NCBI RefSeq assembly: GCF_963921235.1
Contig: NC_086097.1
Span: 50,222,001 to 50,286,000, forward strand
Direction of reading: 5' to 3'
DNA: 64,000 nt
Origin: Mobula hypostoma
Lineage: Eukaryota
Numbering within the stretch: the first letter of the stretch is position 1; each line of letters begins with the position of its first letter. This document shows positions 23,380 through 37,864 of this stretch, one piece after another. The position numbers and the translations under genes were made by a program. The notes beneath the pieces are model-generated. The model was not told the DNA's origin. It saw only the letters and a list, made by a program, of their open reading frames with translations, and made no database searches.

Positions 23380-24800
23380 CCTTGCAGAACAGTGTAAGGG
23401 GAGGTGCTGGACAAATTAAAATGTATGAAGGTAACTATATCTCCATGGTTAGGTATATCCAAGAACTTGAGAAACCCTGGATGAAATATACATCATCAGC
23501 CACAGGTGAGGTACCAGAGGACAAGAGGGGGAGTTTATTTCTACAGTACCTTTATTTAAGAATGGCTGCAAAGAAGAACCAGGACTATAACCAAGTAAGC
23601 CCAACATCTATAGCAGATAAAGTTACTGGAAGAGATTCTGACATATAAGGTATACAGTACATGTATTTGAAGCATAGTCAGAATAGCTTTATATGTAAAA
23701 GTTCATGTATCATAAATTTGAAGAAATCATGAAGGTCGATGGGGGCAGGGTGCTAGATATAGTCTATATGAACTTCAATAAGGCCTTGGATAAATTTCCA
23801 TACAGTAGCCTGTGATGGGAAGTTAAATTCCTTATGATCCAAGGAGAATTGGTTAATTGGATATACAATTGGCTTGATAGTAAGAAACAGAGGGTGATGG
23901 TGGAAGGTTGTTTCTCAGACTGAAGGCCTGTGAGCAATGGTGTTCCCCAAGGGTCAGTGCTAAGCCCATTACTTGACATCTACTTCAATGGTTTGAATGA
24001 GAGTATACAAGGCGTAGTGTGTAATTTTGCAGATGATACTCAAATAGCTGATGAAAGAGTGAAGGTATTATCAAGAATTACAGCAGAATATTGAGTAAGC
24101 AGCCGAGGAATGGCAAACTGCTTAATTTGGGTAAGTGTGATGTGTTGGATCAGAGTGGGACTTTCATGATGACTGGTGGGATACTGGGAAGTGTTGATCA
24201 ATAGAAGGACCTAGAAGTTCCCAAATATGGCTCCACAGGTAGCCAGGACAAGCTGGCCTTCATCAGTCAAGGCACTGAGTGTAGAAGTTAGGATTTGTTG
24301 CAGTTGTACAAGACATTAGTGAGGCGGCATTTGGAATATTGTGTTCAGTTTTGATCATCCTGCTATAGGAAATATGCCAGTGAATTGGAAAGGTTTACAG
24401 GTCAGGACTCAAAGAATGAGTTTTAGAGAGTGGTTCAGCAGGCTAGGTCTTCATTCACTGGAACGTAGAATGTAATCGTATAGAGGTGTGTAAAATCATA
24501 GACATGGTGCATGCACACTGTCTTTATCCGAAGGTTGAGCTGGAGGGCATAGGTTTATGGTGAGAAGAGAGAGGTTTAATAGGAGCTATTAAATATGTGA
24601 TCCACAGTGCATGCTGCCAGAGGGAGTGGTTAAGGCAGGTACATTAACAACACTCACACAACACTTGGGCAGGTACATGGACAGGAGAGGTTCAGAGGAA
24701 TATGGGCCAAATATGATCAAATGGGACAAGCTTAGATGAGAATGTTGGTCAGCCTGAAGCATTTTGGCAGAAGAACCTGTTTCTGTGCTGTATGACTATC
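23380..24800 (+). mobile_element. Older CR1 ORF2 3' part (5' piece probably at ~19110-19355)
   Basis: Degenerate VYMNFNKALDK, VPQGSVL, FADDT motifs; CTGTATGACTA tail. Confidence 0.75.
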
Positions 24801-25494
24801 AGCCTATGAATTTATGTTAATGCCTCTGCTGATTATTGTATGACACATGTCACACCCATCTCTAATTCTTTGATTTGTCATGTCCAATAATACAACTACC
24901 TTTTAGTGATATTTAAAAAGCATCTATCAATGTTTTTTCTGCCCTTTGTTATTTCTTAGTTCAGCCCAACTTGATTCTAATTCTGTGTCATGATCTGTCA
25001 AGCTAAGATCATTCATTGCCTCTGTAAAGATCCACTCCCTTATTAATTGTACTACACCACCTCTTTTCCTTTTGACTTCCCTTCTCAAATGTTGAACACT
25101 AGGGGTTGTTCGATTCAAGATTGTTTAATGTCATTTCCAGGACACAAATATAAAGGAGAATGAAACAATTGTTACTCAGGGTCTGATGCAGCACAGAAGA
25201 AAAACAATAAGATAGAGAATACAATAATAAAAAACACAATAAATATAAATGCATATGATAGGTTAATCCAAACGTAGCGTCACAACATCAGACACTGCTG
25301 CAGAGTTACAGCACTCTTACAGGCAGGCAGCTGAAAGATGAGGGCAATCACATACGTGAAAATGCACACATTCCAACCAATTGGGGCTTCTTTGTAATCA
25401 TATTTAACTCCCTTCCTTTTGTTCAGTCTTGTCAAGTCTTGATCGAAGCACAGTGATCAAAGCTCCCTGCTTATTTTAGTCCATGTTACAGAAA

Positions 25495-26348
25495 AGACCA
25501 TAAGATATAGGAGCAGAATTAGGCCATTTGGCCCATCGAGTCTGCTCTGCCATTTTGTCATGGCTGATCCATTTTCCCTCATCCCTAATCTCCTGCCTTC
25601 TCCCCGTCTCCCTTTATGCCCTGACTAATCAAGACTCTATCAACCTGTACCTTAAACACACATAAAGACTTGACCTTCACAGCTGCCTGTGGCAATGAAT
25701 TCCAGAGATACACCCCTCTCTGGCTAAAGAAATTCCTCCTAATCTCTGTTCTAAAAAGATGCCCCTCTTTTCTGAGGCTGTGCCCTCTAGTCTTAGACGC
25801 TCCCACCATAGGAAACATCTGCGCCACATCTGCTCTATCTACATCTTTCACCATTCGATAGGTTTCAATGAGGTCATTCCTCATTCTTCTGAATTCTAGT
25901 GAATACAGGCTCAGAGCCATCAAATGCTCTTCATATGACAAGCCTTTCAACCCTGGAATCATTTTTGTGAACCTCTTTTGAACGCTGTCCAGTTTCAGAA
26001 TGTCCTTTCTAAGATAAGGAACCCAAAACAGCTCACAGTTCTCCAAGTGAGGCCTCGCCAGTGCTTTATAAAGCCTCAGCATTACATCCTTGCTTTGATA
26101 TTCTAGTCCTCTTGAAATGAATGCTAACATTGCATTTACCTTTCTCACCCCAGACTCAGCCTGCAAATTAACTCTTAGAGAACCCTGCACAAGGACTCCC
26201 AAGTCCCTTTGCACCTCAGATTTTTGTATTTTCTCTCCATTTAGAAAACAGTCTACGTTTTCATTTCATCTACCAAGTGCATGACCGTACACTTCCCGAC
26301 ACTATATTCCATCTGCCACTTTTTTGCCCGTTCTCATAACCTGTCTAA
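25495..26348 (-). mobile_element. CR1 3' fragment
   Basis: 209 aa ORF QRDLGVLV...RPHLENC...LWNSLP; TCTTATGG tail. Confidence 0.92.
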
Positions 26349-26499
26349 AAAGATCAGTGATTTAGATAGATGCTGTTAGAGGAACAGTGCTAATTTAGTT
26401 CTAGGTTACTGGTTTTGAGCAGTTGTGACAGCCAATAAGAATAGTAAGTTAAAGTTAATGGTAAATCACTAATTCTGGAATCACAAAAGACTGCAGTAC

Positions 26500-29400
26500 T
26501 ATAAGAACATAGAACATAGAAATTTACAGCACACTACAGGCCCTTCAGCCAACAATGTTGTGCCGACCATGTAACCTACTCTAGAAACTGCCTAAAATTT
26601 CCCTAGCGCTTATCCCTCTATTTTTCTAAGCTCCATGCACCTATCTAAGAGTCTCTTAAAATACCCTATTGTATCCAATTCCACCATCATCACCAGCAAT
26701 GCATTCCACACACCCACCACTCTCTGTGTGAAAAACTTACCCCTGACATCCCCTCGGTACCTATTTCCAAACACCTTAAAACTATGCCCCCTCATGTTAG
26801 CCATTTCAGCCCTGGGAAAAAGCCTCCGGCTATCCACATCATCAATACCCCTCATCATCTTATACACCTCTATCAGGTCACCTCTCATCCTCCTTTACTC
26901 CAAGGAGAAAAGGCCAAGTACACTCAATCTATTCTCATAAGGTTCACCCTCTAATCCAGGCAACATCCTTGTAAATCTCCTCTGCACTCTCTCTATAACA
27001 TCCACATCCTTCCTGTAATGATGTGACCAGAACTGAACACAGTACTCCAAGTGGGGTCTGACCAGGGTCCTATATAGTTGTAACATTACCTTTCGGCTCT
27101 TAAACTCAATCCCATGGTTGATGAAAGCCAGTGCACCAGATGCATTCTTAACAACACTGTCAACCTGCGCAGCAGGTTTGAGTGTCCTATCAACACGGAC
27201 CCCAAGATCTCTCAGATCCTCCACACTGCCAAGAGTCTTACCATTGATATTATATTCTGTCTTTAAATTGGACCTACCAAAATGAACCACCTCACACTTA
27301 TCTGGGTCAAACTCCAACTGAACTCTGCCCAGTTTTGCATCCTATTGATGTCCTGTTGTAACCTCCGACAACCCTGCAGACTATCCACAACACCCCCAAA
27401 CTTTGCGTCATCAGCAAACTTACTAACTCATCCTTCTACTTCCTCATCCAGGTCATTTATAAAAATCACAAAGAGGAGGGGTCCCAGAACAGATCCCCGT
27501 GGAACACTACTGGTTACCGACCTCCATGCAGAATACGAACCATCAACCACCACCCTTTGCCTTCTGTAGGCAAGCCAATTCTGGATCCACAAAGCAAGGT
27601 CTCCTTGGATCCCAAGCCTCTTTACTTTCTGTAGGAGCCTTGCATGGGGAACTTTATCAAATGCCTTACTGAAATCCATATACACTACATCCACTGCTCT
27701 ACCTTCATCAATGTGTTTTGTTACATCTTCAAAGAATTCAATCGGGTTCTTAAAGCACAACCTGCCCTTGAAAAAGCCATGCTGACTATCCCTAATCAGA
27801 TTAGGTCTCTCCAAATGCCTATAACCCCTGCCTCTCAGGATCTTCTCCAACAACTTGCCCACCACTGAAGTCAGACTCACTGGTCTATAATTTCTGGGTT
27901 ATCTCTACTCCCTTTCTTGAACAAGGGAACAACATTTGCAACTCTCCAATCCTCCGGTACTTTTCCCTTCCCTATTGATGACGAAAAGATCATCGCAAGA
28001 GCCTCAGCAAACTCCTCCCTCACTTCCCACAGGACTCATCCAGTCCTGGTGACTTATCTAACTTAATGCTTTTCAAAAGCTCCAGCACATCCTCTTTCTT
28101 AATGTCAATATGCTCAAGCATTTCAGTCCACTGTAAGTCATTCCCACAATTGCCAAAGTCTTTTTCCCTGGTGAATACTGAAGCAAAGTATTCATTAAGT
28201 ACCCCCACAACCTCCTCCGACTCCATGCACACATTTCCACTATCGCACCTGATTGGTCCTATTCTCACATGGCTCATCCTCTTGTTCTTCACATACTTGT
28301 AGAATGCCTTGGGGTTTCCCTTAATCCTGCTCACCAAGGCCTTCTCATGGCACCTTCTGGCTCTCCTAATTCCACTCTTGAGTTCCTTCCAATCAACCTT
28401 GTAATTTTCTAGAACTCTAACAGTACCTAGTTTCTTGAACCTTTTGTAAGCTTTTCTTTTCTTCTTAACCAGATTTTCTACATACTTTGTACACCATAGT
28501 TCTTTCCCTGCCTCAATGGAACATACCTATGCAGAACTTCATGCAGATGTTCCCGAAACATTTGCCACATTTCTGCCGTGCATTTCCCTGAGAACATCTG
28601 CTCCTAATTTATGCTCCCAAGTTCCTGCCTAATATTATCATATTTTCCCCTACCCCAATTAAATGTTTTCCCAAACTGTCTGCTCCTATCCCTCTCCAGT
28701 GCTATGGTGAAGGAGATAGAGTTGTGGTCACTAACTCCAAAATGCTCTCCCTCCAAGGAGTCTGACACCTGACCAGGTTCATTTCCCAATACCAGATCAA
28801 GTACAGCCTCCCCTCTAGTTGGCTTATCTACATATTGCGTCAGGGAACCTTCCTGAACACACCTAACAGACTCCACTCCATCTAAACCCCTTGTGCTAAG
28901 GAGATGCCAATCAATATTAGGAAAGTTAAAATCTCCCATCACAACAACCTTATCATTATTGCACCGTTCCAGAATCTGCCTCCCTATCAGCTCCTCGATG
29001 TCTCTATTATTACTGAGGGTCTATAAAAAACACTCAGTAGAGTTATTTTCCCTTTCCTGTTTCTGACTTCCACACACATTGACTCAATAGACCATCTCTC
29101 CATGATTTCCTCCTTTTCTGCAGCCGTGACACGATCCCTAATTAGCAATGCCACGCCTCCACCTCTTTTGTCTCCCTCTCTGTTCGTCTTGAAACATCTA
29201 AAGCCTGGCACACTCAGCAGTCATTCCTGCTCCTGAGACATCCAAGTCTCTGTAATGGCCACAATGTCATAGTTCCATGTATTGTGTGCTGTGTGCTGGG
29301 GCAGCAGGCTGAGGGTGGCAGACACCAACAGAATCAACAACCTCATTCGTACAGCCAGTGATGTTGTGGGGATGGAACTGGACTCTCTCACTGTGGTGTC

Positions 29401-30580
29401 TGAAAAGAAGATGCTGTCTAAGTTGCATGCCATCTTGGTCAATGTCTCCCATCCACTACATAATGTACTGGTTGGGCACAGGAGTACATTCAGCCAGAGA
29501 CTCATTCCACCGAGATGCAGCCCAGAGCGTCATAGGAAGTCATTCCTGCCTGTGGCCATCAAACTTTACAGCTCCTCCCTTGGAGGGTCAGACACCCTGA
29601 GCCGATAGGCTGGTCCTGGACTTATTTCATAATTTACTGGCATAATTTACATACTACTATTTAACTATTTATGGTTCTATTACTATTTATTATTTATGGT
29701 GCAACTGTAACGAAAACCAATTTCCCCCAGGATCAATAAAGTATGACTATGACTATTGATCCACGCTCTAAGTTCATCTGCCTTGTTTATGATCCCCCTT
29801 GCATCAAAATAGACACATCTCAAACCATCAGGCTGAGTGTATCTTTGCTCTAACATCTGCTTATCCTTCCTCACAAACTCCCTACAAGCTGTCTCTACTG
29901 TGCTCCAACCTCCCCATCCTCTGCCTCTTCAGTTCGGTTCCCACCCGCCTGCAAATCTGGTTTAAACCCTCCCCAATAGCACTAGCAAATGTCCCCGCCA
30001 GGATATTGGTCCCCCTTGGATTCAAGTGCAACCCATCCTTTTTGTACAGGTCACACCTGCCCCAGAAGAGGTCCCAGTGATCCAAAAATGTGAATCCCTG
30101 CCCCCCACTCCAATCCCTCAGCCACGCATTTATCCTCCACCTCACTCGATTCTTATAGTCACTGTCATGTGGCACAGGCAGCAATCCCAAGATTGCTACC
30201 TTTGAGGTCCTGTTTCTCGGCTTCCTTCCTAACTCCCTGTATTCTGCTTTCTCCAGCCTTTTTCTATCTATGTTGTTGATACCAATATGTACATGAACTC
30301 TGGCTGCTCACTCTCCCATTCCAAGATATTGTGGACATGCTCAGAAGCATCACAAACCCTGGCACCTGGGAAGCAAACTACATCGGTATTTCTTTTTCGT
30401 ATCCACAGAATCGCCTATCTGTCCCCCTAACTATAGAGTTTCCTATTACCGCTGCCCTCCTCCTCTGTTCCCCACCCTTCTGAGCCACAGGGCCAGGCTC
30501 AGTGTCAGAGGCATGGCCACTGTTCTTCCTCCAGGTAGGCCATCCCCTCCCCCCAACAGCACTCAAAATGGAGCACTGTA
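26500..30580 (-). mobile_element. Long decayed CR1 LINE (esterase ORF1 part, APE, RT, 3' UTR)
   Basis: AVIGNSIVRGTD; KKDGLHLN; GGGVALLI; GDFNFP; QHGF...[11 protein letters not shown]...[23 protein letters not shown]; (TTCTATG)n tail. Confidence 0.93.
29285..29753 (+). mobile_element. Rex1 LINE 3' fragment nested in CR1
   Basis: CWGS...LIRTASDVVG...SHPLH...SFLPVAIKLY; (TATGAC)n tail; TSD TATTG at 29280-29284 and 29754-29758. Confidence 0.9.
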
Positions 30581-30889
30581 AGTTTGGGAAGTGTGCATTG
30601 TCCTGATTTCTGTTGCCCAATGGTGCTGTCAATTTTACACAATGATGACAGTGAGTGCTGACACTTTCACTGCAATTGCTAATTCCTGGCCATAACTTCT
30701 AAATCCCAAACCATCACTCCTCTGCGTTTAATGTAGATAGCAACTCCTGAGTTAATCGGATATTAAAGAAGCCTTTATGCTATCCACATATTGGAAGCCT
30801 TTTAGAAGCTCTAATTGCATCCAGGGTGCATGCAAACTGCTCTGAGCAACTTACTGCTCTCTGAATAATATAATCTAAATTTTATTGGG

Positions 30890-30990
30890 AGCACACACAA
30901 AATGCTGGAGGAACTCCGCAGGCCAGGTAGGATCAATGGAAAAGGGTAAACAGACAACATTTCAGGCTGAGACACTTCATCAGGACCTTC
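30890..30990 (-). mobile_element. Short Penelope terminal unit with decayed hammerhead motif
   Basis: CTGATGA-AGTGTCTCAGCCT-GAAA-TGTT on the minus strand (30951-30986). Confidence 0.7.
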
Positions 30991-31134
30991 AGCTAAATTT
31001 TATATTCAAGATTCTTCATGTTTATTTTAGGATATTGTTCAAAAGTAAAATTCAGTACTAAAATTACCTAATCTTAAAAATCCTTCTAAAGATTACACTT
31101 TGTCTTTAGTTACTTACTTGTATCCTGGCAATCC

Positions 31135-31390
31135 TGCACAGTGTCTCTATTGAGTAGAAAGGTTGGCTCCGTTATAGGGGTCAAACTGGACACAGTGGAG
31201 GCTGTGGTAGAACAAAACACCCTATGGAAAATCCTAAAATTCTGGACAATGTTTCTCACCCTCTGCATGCCACCTTGGCTAAACAGAGGAGCACTCTTAG
31301 TAACGGACTAAGACAACTGCACTGCTCCAAAGAGCACTATATGAGGTCATTCTTATCCTCGGCCATTAGGCTCTATAATGAATCAGCCTA
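31135..31390 (+). mobile_element. Rex1 3' remnant
   Basis: Similar to 29340-29580 (ILDNVSHPLH...SFLSSAIRLYN). Confidence 0.7.
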
Positions 31391-31399
31391 AAGCTAATT

Positions 31400-31590
31400 T
31401 ATTATAGGCCTTTCTGGCCCTTTGAGCTGCGCCACCCAGCAACCCTCAATTTAACCCTAGCCCAATAATGGAACAACTTACAATGACCAATTAACCTGCT
31501 AACTGGTACACTTTTGGTCCGTGGGACGAAACCGGAGCACTTGGAGAAACCTACACATTCCTCAAGGAGAACCATTCCACACAAGTGCCA
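31400..31590 (-). mobile_element. V-SINE (HE1-like) partial
   Basis: V-domain GGTTTCTCCAAGTGCTCCGGTTTC; similar to 46680-46960. Confidence 0.75.
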
Positions 31591-32559
31591 CAGTAGGAAT
31601 CCCCTTCTGAACCATTAACAACCTGAACAAATGAGGATTAAAAATACAGCGGAGTAGAAGAAACAAGCAGATTACGATCTATGTTGTTGATAAGATGTTC
31701 AGTAGTTAGGCGCCTTACCAATTATATATATATTTTACAGTAATGTTCATTTATTTTGGGGATTCTTATTGTTGCCAACCCTGAAATACTTTTCAGACTC
31801 CAGGGAACTTATAATTGAATAGTATTCTATTTCTGCCCATACATTATGAATTCATAGTGTTCTTGTGAGAAAGGGAATCTCCTAGGTTAAAAAAGTATGG
31901 ATATTGTTTATATACACCTTAATCCATTTCATATGAACAAGAGAATATAGAAATCTAATGTAAAATAGAGTTACTGACCCACATTTGATATGCACCTTTG
32001 CTATCTGCACCATAACACAACCAATTTGTTGAGCACAAGGGAAGAATAATAATGAATTTATGTATATTATAAATTAGTTTAACGCAGGCCTGAAGTTTTT
32101 CTTCCTTTCTCCAAAATAATGTACCATGATGGGTTTAATGCAAAGGAGGAATTGTTGCTGAATAGTACTTTACTCAAAACATCTCGGACTTTAGTCGTTG
32201 GCACCTCACTACAACAATAATTAATGCAAAAAAAATGAATAGCAACATTTTATTGTTAGCTCTGGTTCATCTCTGCTTCTGTGCTAGAGCTAATGGATTC
32301 AAATCTCTCTCCAGAGACTTGAATACCAAAAAAAACAGGCTGACACATGAGACTGATGCTGCCTTTAAAGATTTCAGTTCTCCTGTTGAAGGTGGATGCA
32401 TTGCAATATTTAAAAGAAAAGCTGAGAGTTTATTCTCAGTAACTGGAAATATCATATCACCAGTCTTTCATCGCTGCTGGGTCTGCATCATAGAACTCCT
32501 GCCTGAAATGCATTTTTGGGGTACTTTTACCAGAATGACTGCAGTGGTTAAGGATATTA

Positions 32560-33556
32560 TTAACCCCACTTTTTTATTCTGACTTCTTCTCCCTTCCTTT
32601 CCAGTCCTGAAGAAGGGTCTTGGCCCAAACCATCGACAGTTTCATCTTTTCCATAGATGCTGCCAGACCTGCTGAATTCTTTCAGCATTTTGTGTGTGTT
32701 GCTAAAGAAAAAGAACGTTATCCTTGACATAATTGACTTTGGTGTATAAAATGGATCAGATGACACAGATCTGAGATTACAATCGCACAAAATTCTGGAG
32801 GAACTCAGCAAGCCAGGCACGTATCGATGGAGGGGAATAAACAATCAAAGTTGGGCCGAGACCCTTCATCATGACTGAAATGGAAGGGGACAGAATAAGA
32901 GGGTAGAGGGAGGGGAAGGAGAACCAGCTGACAGGTGAAAGGTGAAACCGGGTGGGAGGGGGGTGGATGGAGAGGGTCATGAAGTAAGAAGCTGAGAGGT
33001 GATAGGTGGAAAAATTAAAGGGCTGAAGAAGAAATAATGTAATAGGAAAGGTAAGTGGACCATGGAAGAACGGGCAGCAGAAGAGACACCAGAGAGAGGT
33101 GATGGGCAGGTGAGAAGAGTAGAGATAAGATTGCAACCAGAAAGGGGAATGGAAAAAGAAAGAAGGGGGAGAGGAGAGAAATACTGAAAGAGAAATTGAT
33201 GGTAATGCTGTCAGTTTGGAGGCAACCTAGAAAAATATGAGGTGTTACTCCTCCAACCTGAGTATAGCCTCATTATAGCTGAAGGGAAAGACATGTCAAA
33301 ATGGAAATGGGAAGTTGGTTGCATCTGCAGAAACTTACATTTTACAATAACACTTCAGAAAATTCCAAGTGGAAAATTTATAAGATGGTCACTAGGTGGC
33401 AGTAAAAGACAGTCTCTGAATTATCACAAAGGAGCGACTCTGCCGAGGCTGGAAATCCAAGCAGCACACACAAAATGCTGGATGAACCCAGCAGACCAGG
33501 CAGCATCTCTGGAAAAATGTACAGTCGGTGTTTTAGGCCGACACCCTTCGGCAGGA
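32560..33556. mobile_element. Cluster of Penelope terminal fragments (+ 32560-32703; - 32783-33320; - 33445-33556)
   Basis: Three copies of the hammerhead-GATGCTGCC-GCTGAGTTCCTCCAGCA unit, all with core mutations. Confidence 0.78.
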
Positions 33557-34129
33557 GGCCTTTTCTCTCTGAATTATCAGTTAACAGTTGTGACCTAAAT
33601 TTAAGTCAAAGTCGAATTTATTGTCGTTTGCTCAATTACGTGTCTGGAGAAATGCAATAGAAAAAATACTTGTAGCAGCGTTACAGGCACATAAAATTAT
33701 ATAAGCAGTATTTGCAAGAAAAATGTAAATTTAACAATTCAACAAGAAAGAACTGAATTGGAACAAAATAAGTCCATTTTAACCAGAGCTATCAGTGCCT
33801 TAGATCTTTTATCAACTTCTGTAAATAGACGTCTTACCTTTAGATAACCAAGCAGAAATTTTGTAATATAATAATTTTGTAATACAATAATTGTGTTCTT
33901 GTGATAAAATACACCCTTGAAATAACAAAGACTGAAGTTAGAAAAACCTATGTTCATTCCATCAGATTAGAGGCTACCCAAACAGAATATGAGCTATTGA
34001 TCTTCATTGTAATTCTAATGTAAAAAATCATCTGGATGTTTTAATGGTCCGTTACCAGATTGACACAGAAGAGGTGGTAGAGGACTATCATGTCGTTCAT
34101 CCGTAAAGGTTGCAAATAGGCATGAAGAA

Positions 34130-37100
34130 TACCGGAACAGGAGTGAGAGTGCTGAGGATGGGGTAATTGGTTTACAAACACAGACAGTGTATAGTGAGAC
34201 TGCAAGATGATGACAGGGCAAAGTTGCAATCAAGATGATGAGTTGCAATGTAAAAGGCAGAAAAAAATTGAAAAGGGTGAATACTAGGAATGAAGGTGTT
34301 ATATTTGAATGCCAGAGTGTGCAGAATAAGGTAGGTGAACTTGTAGCACAGTTACAGACTGGCATGTATGATGCTGTGGGCATCACTCAATCATGGCTGA
34401 AAGAAAATTATAACTGGGAGCTTACGGTAAATAAACCCCTAGTGGCAAGTGATCAAAATATAATCAAATCCACCCTGAAATTAGAGAAGGAGAAGAAAAG
34501 GTCAGAATTATCAGTATTATAGTGGAATAAAGGGAATTATAGAGGCGTGAGAAAGCAGCTGGCCGACGTTGATTGGAAGGAAACATTAGCAGGGATGACA
34601 GCAGAGCAGCAATGGCTGGAATTCTTGGGAGCAATTCGAAAGGCACAGGATTTATACATCCCAAAGAAGAAGTAGTATTCTAAAGGCAGGGTGATATAAC
34701 AATGGCTGACAAGAGAAGTCAAAACCAAAGATAGGGCATATGAAAGAGCAAAACTTAATGGGAAGTTAGAGGATTGGGAAGCTTTTAAAAACCAACAGAA
34801 GGCAACTAAAAAAGGTCATAAAGAAGGAAAAGATGGAATACAAAGGTAAACTTGCCAATATTTTTTAAAAGGATACATAAGGTTTCTTCAGATGTATGAA
34901 GAGCAAAAGAGAGGTGAGAGTAAATATCGGACTGCTGGGAAAATAGTGCTGGAGAGGTAGCAAGACTATAACACATGGGAGCAGAATTAGGCTATCCAGC
35001 CCATTGAGTCTGCTCTGCCATTTCATTATGGCTGATCCCAGATCCCACTCAACCCCATAAGTTCTCACCATATCCTTTGATGCCCTGACCAATCAGAAAA
35101 CAATTAACTTCCGCATTATCTATACACATGGACTTTGGACTTGGCCTCCAGCGCAGTCTGTGGTAGAGCATTCCACAGATTTACTACTCTCTGGCTCAAA
35201 AGATTCCTCCTTGTCTCTGTTCTAAAGGGTCACCTCTCAATGTTGAGGCTGTGCCCTCTAGTTCTGGATACCCCCATCAAAAGAAACATCTTCTCCATAT
35301 CCAACCTATCTAGTCCTTTCAACATTCAGTAGGTTTCAATGAGATCCCCTGGCATTCTTCTAAGTTCCAGTGAGTACAGGTCCAAAGCTGCCAAACGCTC
35401 CTCATATGTTAACTCCTTCATTCCTGAAATCATCCTCGTGAACCTCCTCTGGATTTTCTCCAATGAGAACACATCTTTTCTGAGATATGGTGCCCTAAAC
35501 TTTTGACAATACTCTAAGTGTGGCCTGACTAGTGTCTTATAAAGGCTCAGCATTATCTCCTTGCTTTTATATTCTATTCCCCTTGAAATAAATGCCAACA
35601 TTGCATTTGCCTTCTTTACCACAGGCTCAACCTGTAAATTAACCTTCTGGGAGTCTTGCACAAGGACTCCTAAGTTCCTCTGCACCTCTGATGTTTGAAC
35701 CTTCTCCCCTTTTAGATAATAATCCACACTATCGTTCCTTTTACCAAAATACATTATCATACATTTCACAACACTGTATTCAACCTGCCACTGTTTTCCC
35801 ATTCTTCCAATTTGTCTAAGTTTTGCTGCAATCATATTGCTTCCTCAGCACTACCCATCCCTCCACCTATCTTCATATCATCCACAAACTTTGCCACAAA
35901 GCCATCAATTCCATTATCTAAGTCATTGACAAACAATGTGAAAAGCAGCAGTCCCAAAACTGACCACTGAGTCACCGGCAGCCAACCAGAAAAGGCCCCT
36001 GTAATTCCCACTCGATGCCTCCTTAAGTAATGAGAAACAAGGAAATGGTGGATAAACTGAATAAGTATTTAGCATCCGTTTTCACAGTGGGGGGAGCTCG
36101 AGAGAGTCAGGGGGCAGAGTGTGTGAATTTGCCATCACTAGGGAGAAGGTTATTGAGAAGCTGAAGGATCTAAAAGACCTTTCAGTTTCCCCAGGGTTCT
36201 GAAAGAGATGACTGAAGAGATTGTGGAGGCATTAGTAACAAACTTCAAGAATCAATTGATTCTGGCATGGTTCTAGAGGACTCAAAAGTTACAAATGTCA
36301 CTCCATTCTTTAAGAAGGTAGAGAGACAGAAGAAAGGAAATTTTTCGCCAGTTAATCTGACTTCAGTGGTTGGGAAGATATTGTAGTCGATTGTTAAGGA
36401 TGAATTCTCAGGGTACGTAGAGACAAATGATAAAATAGGCCCAAGTCAGCATGGTTTCCTAAGGGAAAATCTTGCCTGACAAATTTCTTGGAATTCTTTG
36501 AAGAAATAACAAGCAGGATAGACAAAGGAGAATTGGTGTATGTTGTATACTTGGATTTTCAGAAGGCCTTTGACAAAGTGCCACACATGAGGTTCTTTAA
36601 CAAGTTAGGAACCCGTGGTATTACAGGAAAGATACTAGCATGGATAAAGCGTTGGCTTATTGGCAGGAAGCAAAGAGTGGGAATAAAGGGAGCCTTTCCT
36701 GGTTGGTTGCCAGTGACTAGTGATGTTCCACAGAGGTCTCTGTTGGGACGACTTTGTTTATGTTGTATGTCAGTGATATGGATAACCAATTCGATGACTT
36801 TGTGGCCAAGTTTGTGGACTATACAAAGAGAGGTGGAGGAGCAGATTATGTAATTTTAAGGAAGCAGAGAGACTACAGAAGGACTTAGATAGATTAGGAG
36901 AATGGGCAAAGAAGTGGGAGATGGGATACAGTGTTGGGAATTGTATGGCCATGCACCTTGGTAGAAGAAATAAAAGCATAGATTATTTTCTAAATGGAAA
37001 TAAAATTCAAGAAACCTGAGGTGCAAAGATTCCCTGAATGTTAATTTGCAGTTTGAGTCACTAGTGAAGAAGGCAAATGTGATATTAGCATTTATTTCAA

Positions 37101-37690
37101 GAGGATGAGAAAGTAAAAGCAAGGATGTAATGCTGAGGCCTCACTTGGAGAATTATGAGCAGTTTTGAGCCCTTTATCTAAGAAAGAATGTGCTGACATT
37201 GGAGAGGGTTTAGAGGAGGTTCACAAAAATGATTCCAGGATTGAAAGGCTTGTCATTTGAGGAACTGCTGATGGCTCTGGCCCTCTACTCACTAGTATTC
37301 AGAAGAATAAGAGGTGGCCTCATTGAAACGTATAAAATGTTGAAAGGCCTCATAGAGTGGGTGTGGAGAGGATGTTTCCTATGGTAGGAGAGTCTAAGAC
37401 CAGAGGACACGGCTTCAGAATAGATGTAAGTCCTTTTAGTACGAAGATGAGAAAGGATTTCTTTAGCCAGAGAGTGGTGAATCCATGGAATTCATTGCCA
37501 GAGGCGTCTGTGTAGTCCAAGTCAGATGTTGATAGGTTCTTGATTAGTCAGAGCATGAGGGGATATGGAGAGAAGGCAGGAGATTGGGGCTGAGAGGAGA
37601 AAATGGATCAGCTATGGTAAAATAGTTGAGAAGACTCAATGGGTCAAATGGCTAATTCTGTTCCTATATCTCATGGACTAAGGGTCTTCT
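34130..37690 (+). mobile_element. Decayed CR1 ORF2, split by an opposite-strand CR1
   Basis: APE motifs from ~34300; LEFFEEIT...[11 protein letters not shown]...SDVPQ; text GCTGGAGAGGTAG resumes as AGTAATG at ~36026. Confidence 0.88.
34965..36022 (-). mobile_element. CR1 3' fragment nested in CR1
   Basis: 169 aa ORF QRNLGVLV...RPHLEYC...GDLIETY. Confidence 0.88.
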
Positions 37691-37864
37691 AATATATGGT
37701 CACAATAACTTGTACAATGAATAACTAGGAATACCTGACAAATACAGATTCAATAGGGGCTTCAAATGAGGACTTGGATAAATAGTTAAAGAAAAAGAAA
37801 GTGCAAAGATACTGTGAAAGAACAGAGAATTGAGTCTGACCGGACATTGCATATTGTTTACAAA

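Noticed and set aside
32235..32582. 115 aa ORF with a signal-peptide-like start (MNSNILLLALVHLCFCARA)
   Set aside because: 3' third runs into LINE-tail and Penelope remnants; no domain, promoter or splice support
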